Assembly (NCBI GenBank): GCA_963822945.1
Contig: CAWGJO010000027.1
Span: 160,001-224,000, forward strand
From: an uncultured Gemmatimonadaceae bacterium
Lineage (GTDB): Bacteria; Gemmatimonadota; Gemmatimonadetes; Gemmatimonadales; Gemmatimonadaceae
DNA length: 64,000 nucleotides
Direction of reading: 5' to 3'
This document shows positions 9,014-18,734 of this stretch, piece by piece. The notes beneath the pieces were generated by a model. It saw only the letters and a program-made list of their open reading frames with translations. It had not been told where the DNA came from and did no database searches. Within the stretch, counting starts at the first letter, position 1; the number at the start of each line of letters is the position of its first letter. The position numbers and the translations under genes were made by a program.

Positions 9014-10076
9014 CGTACGATCACCTCGGCCGTGATCGCGCCCACGTCGCGCAGGGCCTCGAAGATCGCGGCGATCTGCGACGGTGGTGCGTTCACAGCA
9101 TGCAGCGCGGCGACGAGCGTCTGCACGCTGCTCCCCGCCGCCAGGTCCACCTGGCCCTGACGCCGGACAGTATCGGTCGGAAGGGCGCCGATCCTTAGCG
9201 CAATGTCGCCGGCGCTGGCCACGCCCTCGCCCACCGTCAGGTCGCCCCCCGCAACCACGGTGCCCGACCGGGCATCGATCACCACCCGACCGCTTCGCGC
9301 CGGCGCCACCTTGAGCTGTGCCACGCGCGTCATGGTGGCCGCGCGCTCGGCGGGCGTTCCCTTGAGCGCCAGGGACACCTGCCCCGGGTCGTCCACCACC
9401 GCCACGCTGTCGGCCAGCGCCTGGTTGATGGCGGCGGCAATGCGCGCGGCGGTGCCGGCATCCGGTTGCCGGAGTGTCAGATGCGCCGGACCGCCGGACG
9501 GGAGCGGCGTGCGCGGCAATTCCGCTTCCACGAGCCCCCCGTCGGTACCCGCGCGCTCGCCACGTCGGACGCCCGCATGCCGCCGGTCCAGGCGCCGGTC
9601 CAGGCGCTGCCCGCGGTCGGCCGGTCGGTGCCCACGAGCAGCGTGCCCTGCGCGCTACCCACCGGGGTGCCGCCCACGTCCATCACGAGCGGCGTCATCC
9701 AGAGCGTGCCGCCGCGAAGCGACCGGGCATCGCCGATCGACGACACCTGCACGTCGAATCGACCGCCGGGCCGCAGGTACGGCGACACCTCGGCAGTGAC
9801 GAGCACCGCCGCTACGTTCCGCGTGTTCAGCCAGTCGGGCGGCACCTGCACGTTGAATCGGCGCAGAATGTTGGCCACGGATTGGACCGTTTCCATCGAC
9901 CCACGGCCGGTGGCCCGGTCGCCCGTGTTCGGGAGGCCGACCACGAGCCCATAGCCCATCAGCCGGATCGGAACGGCCTGGTCGGCGATCACCAGATCGC
10001 GCACGGCAACATCCTGCGCGCCGGCGGAACCGGCGGCCACCGCGGCGGCGACGGCAAGCATCAGCAGTCGTTTCAT
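9010..10076 (-). CDS. flgI: P-ring protein FlgI (frameshift in C6 run 9535-9540)
   Basis: LMGYGLVVGLPNTGD, NVAAVLVTA, DVQVSSIGDARSLRGGTLWMTPL; C-terminal IAAIFEALRDVGAITAEV. Confidence 0.92.
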
Positions 10077-10744
10077 GGCCACAGCGCTCCCAGAATCCGA
10101 AGCAGCAAGTGTCCCTTCGGCTTGTCGATGTCGCCGGTGGCGTGGTACGTGAGCTGCGCGTCGGCGATCCGCCACGATTCGATGGTGTTCGTGGGCGAGA
10201 CGTCGTCCGGCCGGATCCAGCCCGAGATCGCCAGTTCTTCCTTGGACTTGTCGAGTTCAACGAGCTTGGTGCCCTTCACCTGGAGCAGTCCGGTGGGCGA
10301 CACGGCGACCACGCGGGCCGTGATCGCCCCCACGAAGTCGTTGGTCCGCGACGCCTGGCCCTCGACCTGGGAATGGCCGTTGTTCTCGCTGTTGATCGAG
10401 GCCTGTGGGCCCAGGCCGGCGGCGCCCTGCGCAGCGGCGAAGCCGAGGCTCCGGCTGCGCTGATCATCGGCCGCGTTCTTCCGGTCGGCGCTCGCGAGCA
10501 GGTGCTCGTCCACGTTGACGGTGATGATGTCACCGATGGCGAGTGGCATCCGGTCGGCGGTCCAGCTCTGCCGTGGGGCGCGGACTACCGGTGCGCCAAC
10601 GGGCGCCGAGAGCGGCGCACGGACCGACGACGAGTCGGGGCGGGCCTGCTGCGCGGCCGCCGTGGCGCCCGGCGCGGCGAACACCACCGCGACGGCAAAG
10701 AGGAAGCTCCACGAAAGTCTGCGAGTCATGGGTCGGGTTCTCAT
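10073..10744 (-). CDS. flgH: L-ring protein FlgH
   Basis: GDIITVNVDE, ITARVVAVSPTGLLQVKG, SGWIRPDDVSPTNTIESWRIADAQLTY. Confidence 0.9.
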   Translation of the reverse strand: MRTRPMTRRLSWSFLFAVAVVFAAPGATAAAQQARPDSSSVRAPLSAPVGAPVVRAPRQSWTADRMPLAIGDIITVNVDEHLLASADRKNAADDQRSRSLGFAAAQGAAGLGPQASINSENNGHSQVEGQASRTNDFVGAITARVVAVSPTGLLQVKGTKLVELDKSKEELAISGWIRPDDVSPTNTIESWRIADAQLTYHATGDIDKPKGHLLLRILGALWP

Positions 10745-11433
10745 TGATGGGAGTTGAGCGTGGCGCGATGGGGGCCGGCGGCGATTCCGGCGAGCGTCCG
10801 CCCGCCGGACAGTCGGACGGTTACCGGATCGCCGGCCACCGCCGCGCGCTCCGCCGCGATACCGTGCACGACCAGTCGAATCCGGTCGTGCTGCCAGACC
10901 AGAGCGATGGAATCACCCGCCGCGATGAGCGGGGGCGGCTGGACCGCCGGCGATTGCAGAATTTCGCCGGGGCGGATGGCACGCTGTGCCACCCAACCGA
11001 GGCGGCCCGGCACGTGCCGGGCCGGGCGACCCCAGCGCACGATCACGGTGTCGACGGCAATGGCACGCGTCACCACCGCATTGCGCGGCAAGGCGGTACG
11101 GGCGACCCACGTCGATTCGGCCACGCCGGCGCGCACGCGCCACCGTGCCACGTCGGGGCCCGTGACCGCCGGCAGGGCGACGCTGAACCAGCCGCCGCGT
11201 TCGGCGACGAGCGCTGCGCGGGAGGCCGTGGTATCGATGCCGGCCACGGACCCCGTGGTGGCCCAGTCGAGCCGCACGGCAGTGGCCGGCACCTGCCAGC
11301 GCGCGGCCACCAGCGTGGCAACACGCCGGGTCACGGGCTCCGGCACGGCCGGCGCCTGCGCCAGAGCGGGCGCGCCGCGCAACCAGTGCGCGAGCAGGAC
11401 GGGCAGCACGAACCACGAACGCCGGTGCATCAT
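10741..11433 (-). CDS. flgA: P-ring chaperone FlgA
   Basis: Signal peptide; SAF-like and C-terminal GDSIALV...GDPVTVR region; located between flgG and flgH. Confidence 0.8.
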   Translation of the reverse strand: MMHRRSWFVLPVLLAHWLRGAPALAQAPAVPEPVTRRVATLVAARWQVPATAVRLDWATTGSVAGIDTTASRAALVAERGGWFSVALPAVTGPDVARWRVRAGVAESTWVARTALPRNAVVTRAIAVDTVIVRWGRPARHVPGRLGWVAQRAIRPGEILQSPAVQPPPLIAAGDSIALVWQHDRIRLVVHGIAAERAAVAGDPVTVRLSGGRTLAGIAAGPHRATLNSHQ

Positions 11434-12218
11434 CGAATCAGGTTGTCCGCCATCTGCTGCATCTGATCACTGTTCGTGATCGCCTTCGAATTGATCTCGT
11501 AGGCGCGCATGGCGGTGATCATGTCGACCATCTCCTGCACCACCTGGACGTTGCTGCCCTCGAGATTTCCCTGGAGCAACTGCCCCATGCCATTGTCGCC
11601 GGGATAGCCGGTCACGGGTTCTCCGGACGCCGGCGTGGCCGAGAAGACGTTCTGACCGTCGGCCAGGAGGCCGGCCGGGTTGGCGAAGGTCGCGAGCTCG
11701 ATGCGGCCCAGATCCACCGGCGTGGTGTTCGAGCCCCGTGTGGCGCTCACCTCGCCGGTCCGTGAGATCGTGAGGGCGGTCGCGTCCTGCGGAATCTTGA
11801 TTCCGGGCACCACGGCGTAGCCGTCCTGTGTGACCAGCGTTCCCTGGTCGGACACGTTGAAGCTGCCGTCGCGCGTGTAGGCCGTTTCCCCGCTGGGCAT
11901 CGAGACCTGGAAGTAGCCCGCGCCTTCGATGGCGAGGTCGAGATCGCGTCCGGTCTGTTCGAGGTTGCCCTGCGTATCCAGGCGCTGAACGCCGGCCAGC
12001 CGCGTGCCACGGCCTATCTGGATGGGTGGCGCGGTCTGCGCGTCGGGCGAGCCGAGGATGGCGCCGTTCTGCACGTTCTGATAGAGCAGATCTTCGAAGT
12101 CGGCGCGGCTGCGCTTGAACGCGGTCGTGTTCACGTTCGCGAGATTGTTCGCGATCACGTCGGTGCGCGTCTGCTGCGCCATCATGCCGGTGGCGGCGGT
12201 GAGAAGTGCGGGATCCAT
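11430..12218 (-). CDS. flgG: Distal rod protein FlgG
   Basis: AATGMMAQQTRTDVIANNLANVNTTAFK, YTRDGSF, LEGSNVQVVQEMVDMITAMRAYEINSK. Confidence 0.95.
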   Translation of the reverse strand: MDPALLTAATGMMAQQTRTDVIANNLANVNTTAFKRSRADFEDLLYQNVQNGAILGSPDAQTAPPIQIGRGTRLAGVQRLDTQGNLEQTGRDLDLAIEGAGYFQVSMPSGETAYTRDGSFNVSDQGTLVTQDGYAVVPGIKIPQDATALTISRTGEVSATRGSNTTPVDLGRIELATFANPAGLLADGQNVFSATPASGEPVTGYPGDNGMGQLLQGNLEGSNVQVVQEMVDMITAMRAYEINSKAITNSDQMQQMADNLIR

Positions 12219-12261
12219 GGTCAGTCCAGTGAAGAGGGATGAGTGGTGGAGTCCGTCGGCG

Positions 12262-12957
12262 TCAGACGGGCTTGGCGAGGTCGTTGCTGATCGTGCCGTT
12301 CACGCCGTCCATGGTGATCATCGCCTTCTGGACGGCGGCGTAGGCCCGCTGCACGGCGATCATGTCCACCATGCTGCTGATGGTGTTCACGTTGCTGTGC
12401 TCGAGACTCCCTTGCTGCACGTGCCGCGCCGACGGCGGCACCGGCGTGGTCGTGGACGGCGGAATGAACAGCGTGCCGGCGGCGTGCTGCAGCGCCGTGC
12501 CCGGCGGGACGGCTTCCAGGCGGAGGCGATCCACGAACTGGCCGTCGGCGTACACACCGCCGGCGGGATCGATGTGCACGGCGCCCCCGAGAATGCGGAT
12601 GGGTCCGGCGTCGCCGAGCACGTGGTTCCCGGATGCGTCGGCCAGATACCCCCCGGCGTCCAGTTGCAGCGATCCGCCGCGCGAGAGCCGATTCCCCTGC
12701 GGCGTCTGCACGACCAGAAAGCCGCGGCCGCCGATGGCGACGTCGAGCGGATTTCCGGTGGGCGTAATGGCGCCCGCGCTCATGTCGGTCGCGGCCGCCG
12801 GCGCCGTGGTGCCGTCGGCGAGCAGGGTACCGAACACGCGCTCGGCCTTGAACCCGTCGGTGTCGGCGTTCGCCAGGTTGTTGCTGATCACGTCCTGCCG
12901 GCGCTCCCAGTAGTGGAGGGCGGCGGCGGCGCTCGCCATCGGGTCGACGGGGCTCAT
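12262..12957 (-). CDS. flgF: Rod protein FlgF
   Basis: ISNNLANADTDGFKAE, TGNPLDVAIGG, LEHSNVN...MIAVQRAY. Confidence 0.9.
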   Translation of the reverse strand: MSPVDPMASAAAALHYWERRQDVISNNLANADTDGFKAERVFGTLLADGTTAPAAATDMSAGAITPTGNPLDVAIGGRGFLVVQTPQGNRLSRGGSLQLDAGGYLADASGNHVLGDAGPIRILGGAVHIDPAGGVYADGQFVDRLRLEAVPPGTALQHAAGTLFIPPSTTTPVPPSARHVQQGSLEHSNVNTISSMVDMIAVQRAYAAVQKAMITMDGVNGTISNDLAKPV

Positions 12958-13199
12958 GCGAGTTCTCCGGCGCCGTCCTCGGTCCCGGCGGGCACGAGCA
13001 GCGCCACCGCGTCGTAGGCAAAGCGGGTCCGGCGCACGATCTCGTCGCGTGACAATCCCTGGGCGGCATACGCACAGATGGCGCGCCGCCGGCCGTGCGG
13101 GGAGAGCGACCGCGGCGGTTCCGCGGCCAGGGCGGGCGCCGAATCGGCCTCCGGCGTCCGCCGGCGCAATCCCGAGATGAGCATGGCGATGGGCGTCAT
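12954..13199 (-). CDS. Small hypothetical protein with C-terminal HTH-like motif (81 aa)
   Basis: ATGA overlaps at both ends (fliA stop and flgF start); ICAYAAQGLSRDEIVRRTRFAYDAVALLV. Confidence 0.65.
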   Translation of the reverse strand: MTPIAMLISGLRRRTPEADSAPALAAEPPRSLSPHGRRRAICAYAAQGLSRDEIVRRTRFAYDAVALLVPAGTEDGAGELA

Positions 13200-13969
13200 C
13201 CGACCATCTCCAGCGGCGTCAGTCCGCGCACCGGGCCCATACGAGCCCGCAGCTTGTCCAGCGCGCGCGTCCGGATCTGCGACACCCGCGACTCGGTGAC
13301 CCCGAGCACCTCGGCCACCTCGTGCATCTTGAGTTCTTCGTGGTAGTACAGCACCAGCACGTGGCGCTCCTGCTCCTTCAACTGCTTGAGCGCTTCGGTC
13401 ATGATCGCGATCTCCTGATCGCGCGTCATCTCGTCTTCGACCGTGGCCATGCTGTTGGTGCTCAGCTCGTCGAGGCCGCTCACCAACTCGCCGTCTTCGG
13501 CCGTGAGGGATTCCTCGATGGAGACCCGACCGGCCCGGCTCGCCGTGGCCGACCACCGGTCGAACGTGGCGATGTCGATGCCGAGGTGTTCGGCCACTTC
13601 GTGATTGGTGGGCTGGCGGCCGTTCTGTTGAGCCAGCGTTTCGCGGGCGCCGGCAAGCGCGCGCATCTTGCGCCGCACCGAACGGGGAACGTGGTCCTGG
13701 CGGCGCAACTCGTCGAGAATCGCCCCGCGGATGCGGGGCACCGCGTACGTACTGAACGCGAGGCCGCGGGCCGTGTCGAAACTGTCGAGGGCCGAGATGA
13801 GCCCGAGTGTGCCGTACGACACCAACTCGTCCATCTCGTGACGTGTGGAGAGGAGGCCGCACACCTGCTGCGCCACATGGTAGACGAGCGTGAGGTGCGC
13901 GTCGAGGAGCGCGTCGCGGGCCGTCGCGCTGCCGCGGGCGAATTCCTTCCAGAGTCTAGCGTGTTGCAT
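13196..13969 (-). CDS. fliA: RNA polymerase sigma28 FliA
   Basis: FSTYAVPRIRGAILDELRRQDHVPRSVR; LYYHEELKMHEVAEVLGVTESRVSQI. Confidence 0.95.
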   Translation of the reverse strand: MQHARLWKEFARGSATARDALLDAHLTLVYHVAQQVCGLLSTRHEMDELVSYGTLGLISALDSFDTARGLAFSTYAVPRIRGAILDELRRQDHVPRSVRRKMRALAGARETLAQQNGRQPTNHEVAEHLGIDIATFDRWSATASRAGRVSIEESLTAEDGELVSGLDELSTNSMATVEDEMTRDQEIAIMTEALKQLKEQERHVLVLYYHEELKMHEVAEVLGVTESRVSQIRTRALDKLRARMGPVRGLTPLEMVG

Positions 13970-14741
13970 GACGGGACCTGCCGGTGGAAGATGAGTTGGA
14001 GCGCGAACCCGGGACGTCCAGAGCGCGCCCGCCGATTTCGGCGAGCGCCATGAGCGCCGGGGAGACGCGCGGATCGCCGGACGGCGTGTCGGGCGTACGC
14101 CCCGCGAGGAGCGCGGCCAGCGCCGGATCGGCGGGCACGGTGCCGGCGTATTCGAGGGGCCGGCCGAGGAACTGCTGCGTGGCTCCGCTCAGGAGTTCGC
14201 GGATGCCGAATGCGGTGACATCGTCCTGCATGTTGCCCACCACGCGGACGTCGATCTGCGGGTGCTGCAGGTGGAGCAACTTCTCGAGCGCGTAGGCGCC
14301 GGCGGCGGCGATGCGGTCGTCGGTCGTGACGACGATCGCCGAAGCGGACGGCGCCGCGCACGCGGCCAGTACGGCGGCGGCGCGCGATCCGGCGTCGACG
14401 ACGACGACCTCGAAGCGGTCGTACGTCGATTCCAACCGGCGGTGGAGCGTGGCGCGCTGGGCCGCGGACAGGGCCGGCAACGCCGGATCGCGGCCGGCGA
14501 CCAGCGTCAACTCGCCGCCGGCCGGCGTGAGCACCAGCTCCGGCGTCGTGCCGAGCAGCAGATCGCCGGCCGTCCTGGGGGCGTCCACACCCAGCATCCG
14601 GGCAAGGGAGACCGCGCCCTCATCCGCTTCCACGAGCAGCGTGGTGCGCGTGGAGGCAAACGTCGTGGCCAACCCCGCCGCCAAGGTCGACGTTCCCACG
14701 CCGACCTTGCCGCCGGCCACCACGAATACGGGGGGTCTCAT
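13956..14741 (-). CDS. flhG: FlhG/FleN-like MinD-family protein, degenerate Walker A
   Basis: GGKVGVGTST, VEADEG, FEVVVVDAGS, AYALEK; lies between flhF and fliA. Confidence 0.8.
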   Translation of the reverse strand: MRPPVFVVAGGKVGVGTSTLAAGLATTFASTRTTLLVEADEGAVSLARMLGVDAPRTAGDLLLGTTPELVLTPAGGELTLVAGRDPALPALSAAQRATLHRRLESTYDRFEVVVVDAGSRAAAVLAACAAPSASAIVVTTDDRIAAAGAYALEKLLHLQHPQIDVRVVGNMQDDVTAFGIRELLSGATQQFLGRPLEYAGTVPADPALAALLAGRTPDTPSGDPRVSPALMALAEIGGRALDVPGSRSNSSSTGRSRHATR

Positions 14742-15574
14742 GCGGCCACCATTCGCGTGTCGGGATGCGCGGTTCCGAGCGCGGCCAGCACCCGGCCGTG
14801 CGCGAGGTCGAGGTCGCGGGGGATGTCCTGCCCGGTGGTCACCCAGCGCGCCGGCAGCGGCACCGCATCGCTGAGATCCACCAACGCCGACTCGTCGTGC
14901 AGTTCGTCCACCTTGGCATACAGCGCATGGGTGGGACGGCACGCGGCGTATTCGGTGACCAGCGCGGCGGCCAGGTCCGGGCGAAGCCCCGACGGGATCA
15001 TCAGATGCACCTCGTCGGGACTCACCGACTGCAGCATGCTGCGCCAGACGCCGTTCACCTGTTGCGCATGCGGGCTGCGTCCCGGTGTGTCGATGATGAC
15101 GACGTCGCACTCATCGAGCCGGGCCAGCGCCCGGAGCATGTCCTTGGGCTCGTACGCCACTTCGAGGACGAGATCGGCGAGCGCGGCCAACTCGCCGATC
15201 TGCTCGAGCGCGCCCACGCGATACGTATCGACCGTCAGCACGCCCACTCGCTGGTTCCGGAACGCGGAGGCATTGAGGGCGAGCTTGGCCACCGTCGTGG
15301 TCTTGCCGGAGCCGGTGGGTCCGACGAGCGCCACGATGAACGGTCCGATGTCGCCGCGTCCGTAGGGGCCGCGGCGGAAGACCGGGGCCGGCGTATTCAG
15401 GCGGCGGCGCAGCGTCTCGACCTCGTCCATGGGCGCGACGGTGAGTTGGAACCGCGTGGCACCCTCGTGATGCAGCACCTCGGTGCGCAGAATCACAGCG
15501 TCCTCACCGAGCGCGGCGCGCGCGTTTTCGAACACGTGTCGAAGCTGGACTCCGCTGAACACTTCACTTCGCAT
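14738..15574 (-). CDS. flhF: SRP-family GTPase FlhF (compact, 278 aa)
   Basis: ALGEDAVILRT; GPTGSGKTTTVAKLA; DTYRVGA; DTPGR; AKVDE; TTGQDIPRDL. Confidence 0.92.
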   Translation of the reverse strand: MRSEVFSGVQLRHVFENARAALGEDAVILRTEVLHHEGATRFQLTVAPMDEVETLRRRLNTPAPVFRRGPYGRGDIGPFIVALVGPTGSGKTTTVAKLALNASAFRNQRVGVLTVDTYRVGALEQIGELAALADLVLEVAYEPKDMLRALARLDECDVVIIDTPGRSPHAQQVNGVWRSMLQSVSPDEVHLMIPSGLRPDLAAALVTEYAACRPTHALYAKVDELHDESALVDLSDAVPLPARWVTTGQDIPRDLDLAHGRVLAALGTAHPDTRMVAA

Positions 15575-17645
15575 GGGGAAGCTCCCAGGTAGCAACGGCG
15601 TTGAGTTTGACGGCGGGTGGCAGCTCGGCGAGCGACAGCACGGAAACGCCGGGCAGAACGGGCTCGAGCAACCGGCGGACTCCCACCCGGAGTGACGGTG
15701 GCGTGATCAGCGGCGGCATCCGCCCCTCACTCGCGAATCGCGTGGCGAGCCGGTCGAGATCGCGGAGGGCCGCGCCGAGCGTGTCGGGGGTGAGCACGGA
15801 GTGCTCGGCGTTGGCCCGCGGGCTGAGCAGGCCCATGAGCGCGGCTTCCAGCCGTGGTCCGACGGTGAGCGCCGACAGCGCGCCGTCCGGGGTGGTGAAC
15901 TGGCGGGCGATCACGTTGGTGAGCGCACGCCGGGCATATTCCGTGAGGGCTTCGGCGTCCTTCGTCTGGTCGGCCGCGTCTCCGATGGCTTCGAGAATCG
16001 TCACCAGGTCCCGGATCGGCACGCGCTCGCGCAGCAGGCGTTGCAGGACACGATGGAGCACGGCGAGCGGCACCTTGTTCGGGATCACCTCGTCCACCAG
16101 GGCCGCATGCGTCTTCTTGAGCGTCTCGACCATCGCCTGCACATCCTGACGGCCAAGCAGTTCGGCCGCGTTGGCCTTGAGCGATTCCATCAAGTGCGTC
16201 GCGATGACGGTCGTCGGCTCGACGACCACGTACCCGTTGGCCTCGGCGTCCACCCGGCGGGCCGGCGCGATCCACCGCGCCGCCATACCGAACGATGGGT
16301 CGATGGTTTCGATGCCTTCGATGGCCCGCTGTACGGTGCCGGTGTCGAGCGCCAACAGGTAGCGCGGCATCACCTCGGCGCGGGCGATCTCGGAGCCGCG
16401 GAGTTTCAGCAGGTACTCGTTGGCGGGCAGCCGGATGTCGTCGCGGATCCGCACGGGGGGAATCAGGATCCCCACCTCGAGCGCCGCCTGCTTGCGCAGC
16501 AGTTGGATGCGCTCCAGCAGATCGCCGCCCTGTTTCTCGTCGACCAGCGGGATCAGCGCATAGCCGACCTCGAGTTCGATGGCATCGATCTGCAACAGGT
16601 CGTGCAGCGGGTCGGCCGCTTGCAGCGCCGGCGCGGCCGCGGCGGCCGCTTCCTGCTGCGCGTGGGCCGCACGCCGGCGCTCGTCGGTGCGCGCCAGGCG
16701 GGCCATCACACCCATGCCGCCGGCCAGCAGCAGGAAGGGCAGCGCCGGGAGTCCCGGCACGAACCCGAACACGGCGAGCACGCCCGCCGACAGGCCCAGC
16801 GAACGCGAGTTCCCCAGCTGTGCCGCCACCTGCGCGCCCATGCGGGCGCCGCCCGACGCGCGCGTAACCATGATGCCGGCCGCGGTGCTCACGATCAGCG
16901 CCGGGATCTGGGTCACGAGACCGTCGCCGACGGTGAGCAGCGTGTACGTCGAGGCGGCGCGGCTGAGCGGCATGCCGCGCTGCAACACCCCCACCACCAT
17001 GCCACCCACGATGTTGATGCCGGTGATGAGCAGGCCCGCGATCGCGTCGCCCTTCACGAACTTGGAGGCGCCGTCCATCGCGCCGTAGAAGTCGGCCTGG
17101 CGGGCGATCTCCTCGCGCCGCCGACGGGCCTGCCGCTCGTCGATCAGTCCCGCCGAGAGATCGGCGTCGATCGCCATCTGCTTGCCGGGCATGGCGTCGA
17201 GGGTGAACCGCGCCGCTACCTCGGCCACGCGCCCCGCGCCCTTGGTGATGACGATGAAGTTGATGCCGACGAGAATCAGGAACAGCACCACGCCCACGGC
17301 GTAGTTGCCGCCGATCACGAACTGGCCGAAGGCGTGAATGACGCTGCCCGCCTCGCCGCGCCCGAGGATGAGCCGCGTGCTGCACACGTTCAGCGCCAAC
17401 CGGAAGAGCGTGAACAGCAGCAGCAGGGCCGGGAACGAACTGAACTCCAGCGCTTCGGTGGTCTGGAGCACGGTGAGCAGCATCGCAAGCGACGCGCCGA
17501 TGCTGGTGGCCAGAAACAGATCGAGCAGGAAGGGCGGCAGGGGCACGACGAGCAGCGCGATCACGAACACGACCGCGGCCGCGAGCGCCAGCTCCGCCTT
17601 GCGGCTCGCCGAACCGGCCTCGATGGGCAGCACGGCCGTACTCAC
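15564..17645 (-). CDS. flhA: Export gate FlhA
   Basis: GTG 17645 overlaps the flhB stop; TKGAGRVAEVAARFTLDAMPGKQMAIDADL; FYGAMDGASKFVKGDAIAG. Confidence 0.96.
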   Translation of the reverse strand: MSTAVLPIEAGSASRKAELALAAAVVFVIALLVVPLPPFLLDLFLATSIGASLAMLLTVLQTTEALEFSSFPALLLLFTLFRLALNVCSTRLILGRGEAGSVIHAFGQFVIGGNYAVGVVLFLILVGINFIVITKGAGRVAEVAARFTLDAMPGKQMAIDADLSAGLIDERQARRRREEIARQADFYGAMDGASKFVKGDAIAGLLITGINIVGGMVVGVLQRGMPLSRAASTYTLLTVGDGLVTQIPALIVSTAAGIMVTRASGGARMGAQVAAQLGNSRSLGLSAGVLAVFGFVPGLPALPFLLLAGGMGVMARLARTDERRRAAHAQQEAAAAAAPALQAADPLHDLLQIDAIELEVGYALIPLVDEKQGGDLLERIQLLRKQAALEVGILIPPVRIRDDIRLPANEYLLKLRGSEIARAEVMPRYLLALDTGTVQRAIEGIETIDPSFGMAARWIAPARRVDAEANGYVVVEPTTVIATHLMESLKANAAELLGRQDVQAMVETLKKTHAALVDEVIPNKVPLAVLHRVLQRLLRERVPIRDLVTILEAIGDAADQTKDAEALTEYARRALTNVIARQFTTPDGALSALTVGPRLEAALMGLLSPRANAEHSVLTPDTLGAALRDLDRLATRFASEGRMPPLITPPSLRVGVRRLLEPVLPGVSVLSLAELPPAVKLNAVATWELPHAK

Positions 17646-18733
17646 GCCATCACCTCCTGTAGTCGCTTGCCGCGGACGATGCGGCGGCGGATCACGAACG
17701 CGAGGATCTCGGCCACGGCCACGTACAGCTCGGCGGGGATCATCGTGCCCACGTGCGCGCCGGCCAGCAGGGCGCGCGCCAACGGCTTGTTCTCCACCAG
17801 CGGGACGCCGGCTTCGCGCGCGATCGCCTTGATCCGTTCGGCCACCTTCCGCTGACCCATCGCGACGACCAGAGGCGCCGGCGCCTTGGCGGGATCGTAG
17901 ACCAGGGCCACCGCGATGTGGGTGGGGTTGGTGATCACCACGTCGGCCGATGGGATGGCGCGGAACATCTGCCGGCGCGCCATGGCGCGACCCATGCTCC
18001 GCATGCGCTGCTTGATGAGCGGGTCGCCTTCCGTCTCCCGCGCCTCCTGCCGCAGATCCTCCTTCGACATGCGCAGGCGACGCTCGTGCAGCCAGACCTG
18101 CCAGAAGTAGTCGGCGCCGGCGAGCGCCAGGTAGCTGAAGCCGGCGGTCACGAACAGCTGTACGGTGCGCCGGGCAATGACGCCGGCCAGCGCCAGTTCG
18201 GATTGCTGCGGCAGGGCCGTAATGTCGGCCCATGCCGCGCGCACGGTGGCTCGCATCGCGAGGCCGATCACGACGAGCTTCAGCGCCGCCTTGAGCAGCT
18301 CGCCGATGCCCTGGGTGCCGAATACGCGCTTCACGTTCTCCAACGGATTCAACCGGCCCGGCTGAGGCTGCAGCGGCTTCCACGACAGCACGCCGCGCGC
18401 CTGCGCGCCGGCCACGGCGACGGCAATGGTCGTCAGCGCCGCGAGCCACAGGCTGAGCGCGCCGAGCGCGCGCCAGCCGACCCAGCGGATGAGGGCCACC
18501 AGGCCCTCGACGCCCAGGTCCGGGGTGCCCGACGCGGAGAGCCCGACACCCACGATGTCGCGCAACGCAACCGCCAGCGTGGGCCCCACGGTGGTCACGA
18601 CCAGCGCCGACCCGAGCAGCAGAGCGACGGTCGTGAGGTCCTGGCTGCGCGCCACCTGGCCGTCGCGCAGCGCCTGCTGCCGCCGGCGGGGGGTCGCGGC
18701 CTCGGTGCGCTCCAGATCGCTGCTTTCGGACAT
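17642..18733 (-). CDS. flhB: Export specificity switch FlhB
   Basis: RTEAATPRR; EGDPLIK; NPTH autocleavage site. Confidence 0.95.
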   Translation of the reverse strand: MSESSDLERTEAATPRRRQQALRDGQVARSQDLTTVALLLGSALVVTTVGPTLAVALRDIVGVGLSASGTPDLGVEGLVALIRWVGWRALGALSLWLAALTTIAVAVAGAQARGVLSWKPLQPQPGRLNPLENVKRVFGTQGIGELLKAALKLVVIGLAMRATVRAAWADITALPQQSELALAGVIARRTVQLFVTAGFSYLALAGADYFWQVWLHERRLRMSKEDLRQEARETEGDPLIKQRMRSMGRAMARRQMFRAIPSADVVITNPTHIAVALVYDPAKAPAPLVVAMGQRKVAERIKAIAREAGVPLVENKPLARALLAGAHVGTMIPAELYVAVAEILAFVIRRRIVRGKRLQEVMA

Positions 18734-18734
18734 G

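Noticed and set aside
9583..9607. 12-bp tandem duplication in flgI (AWTG-AWTG)
   Set aside because: In-frame duplication in a variable loop; no evidence of function
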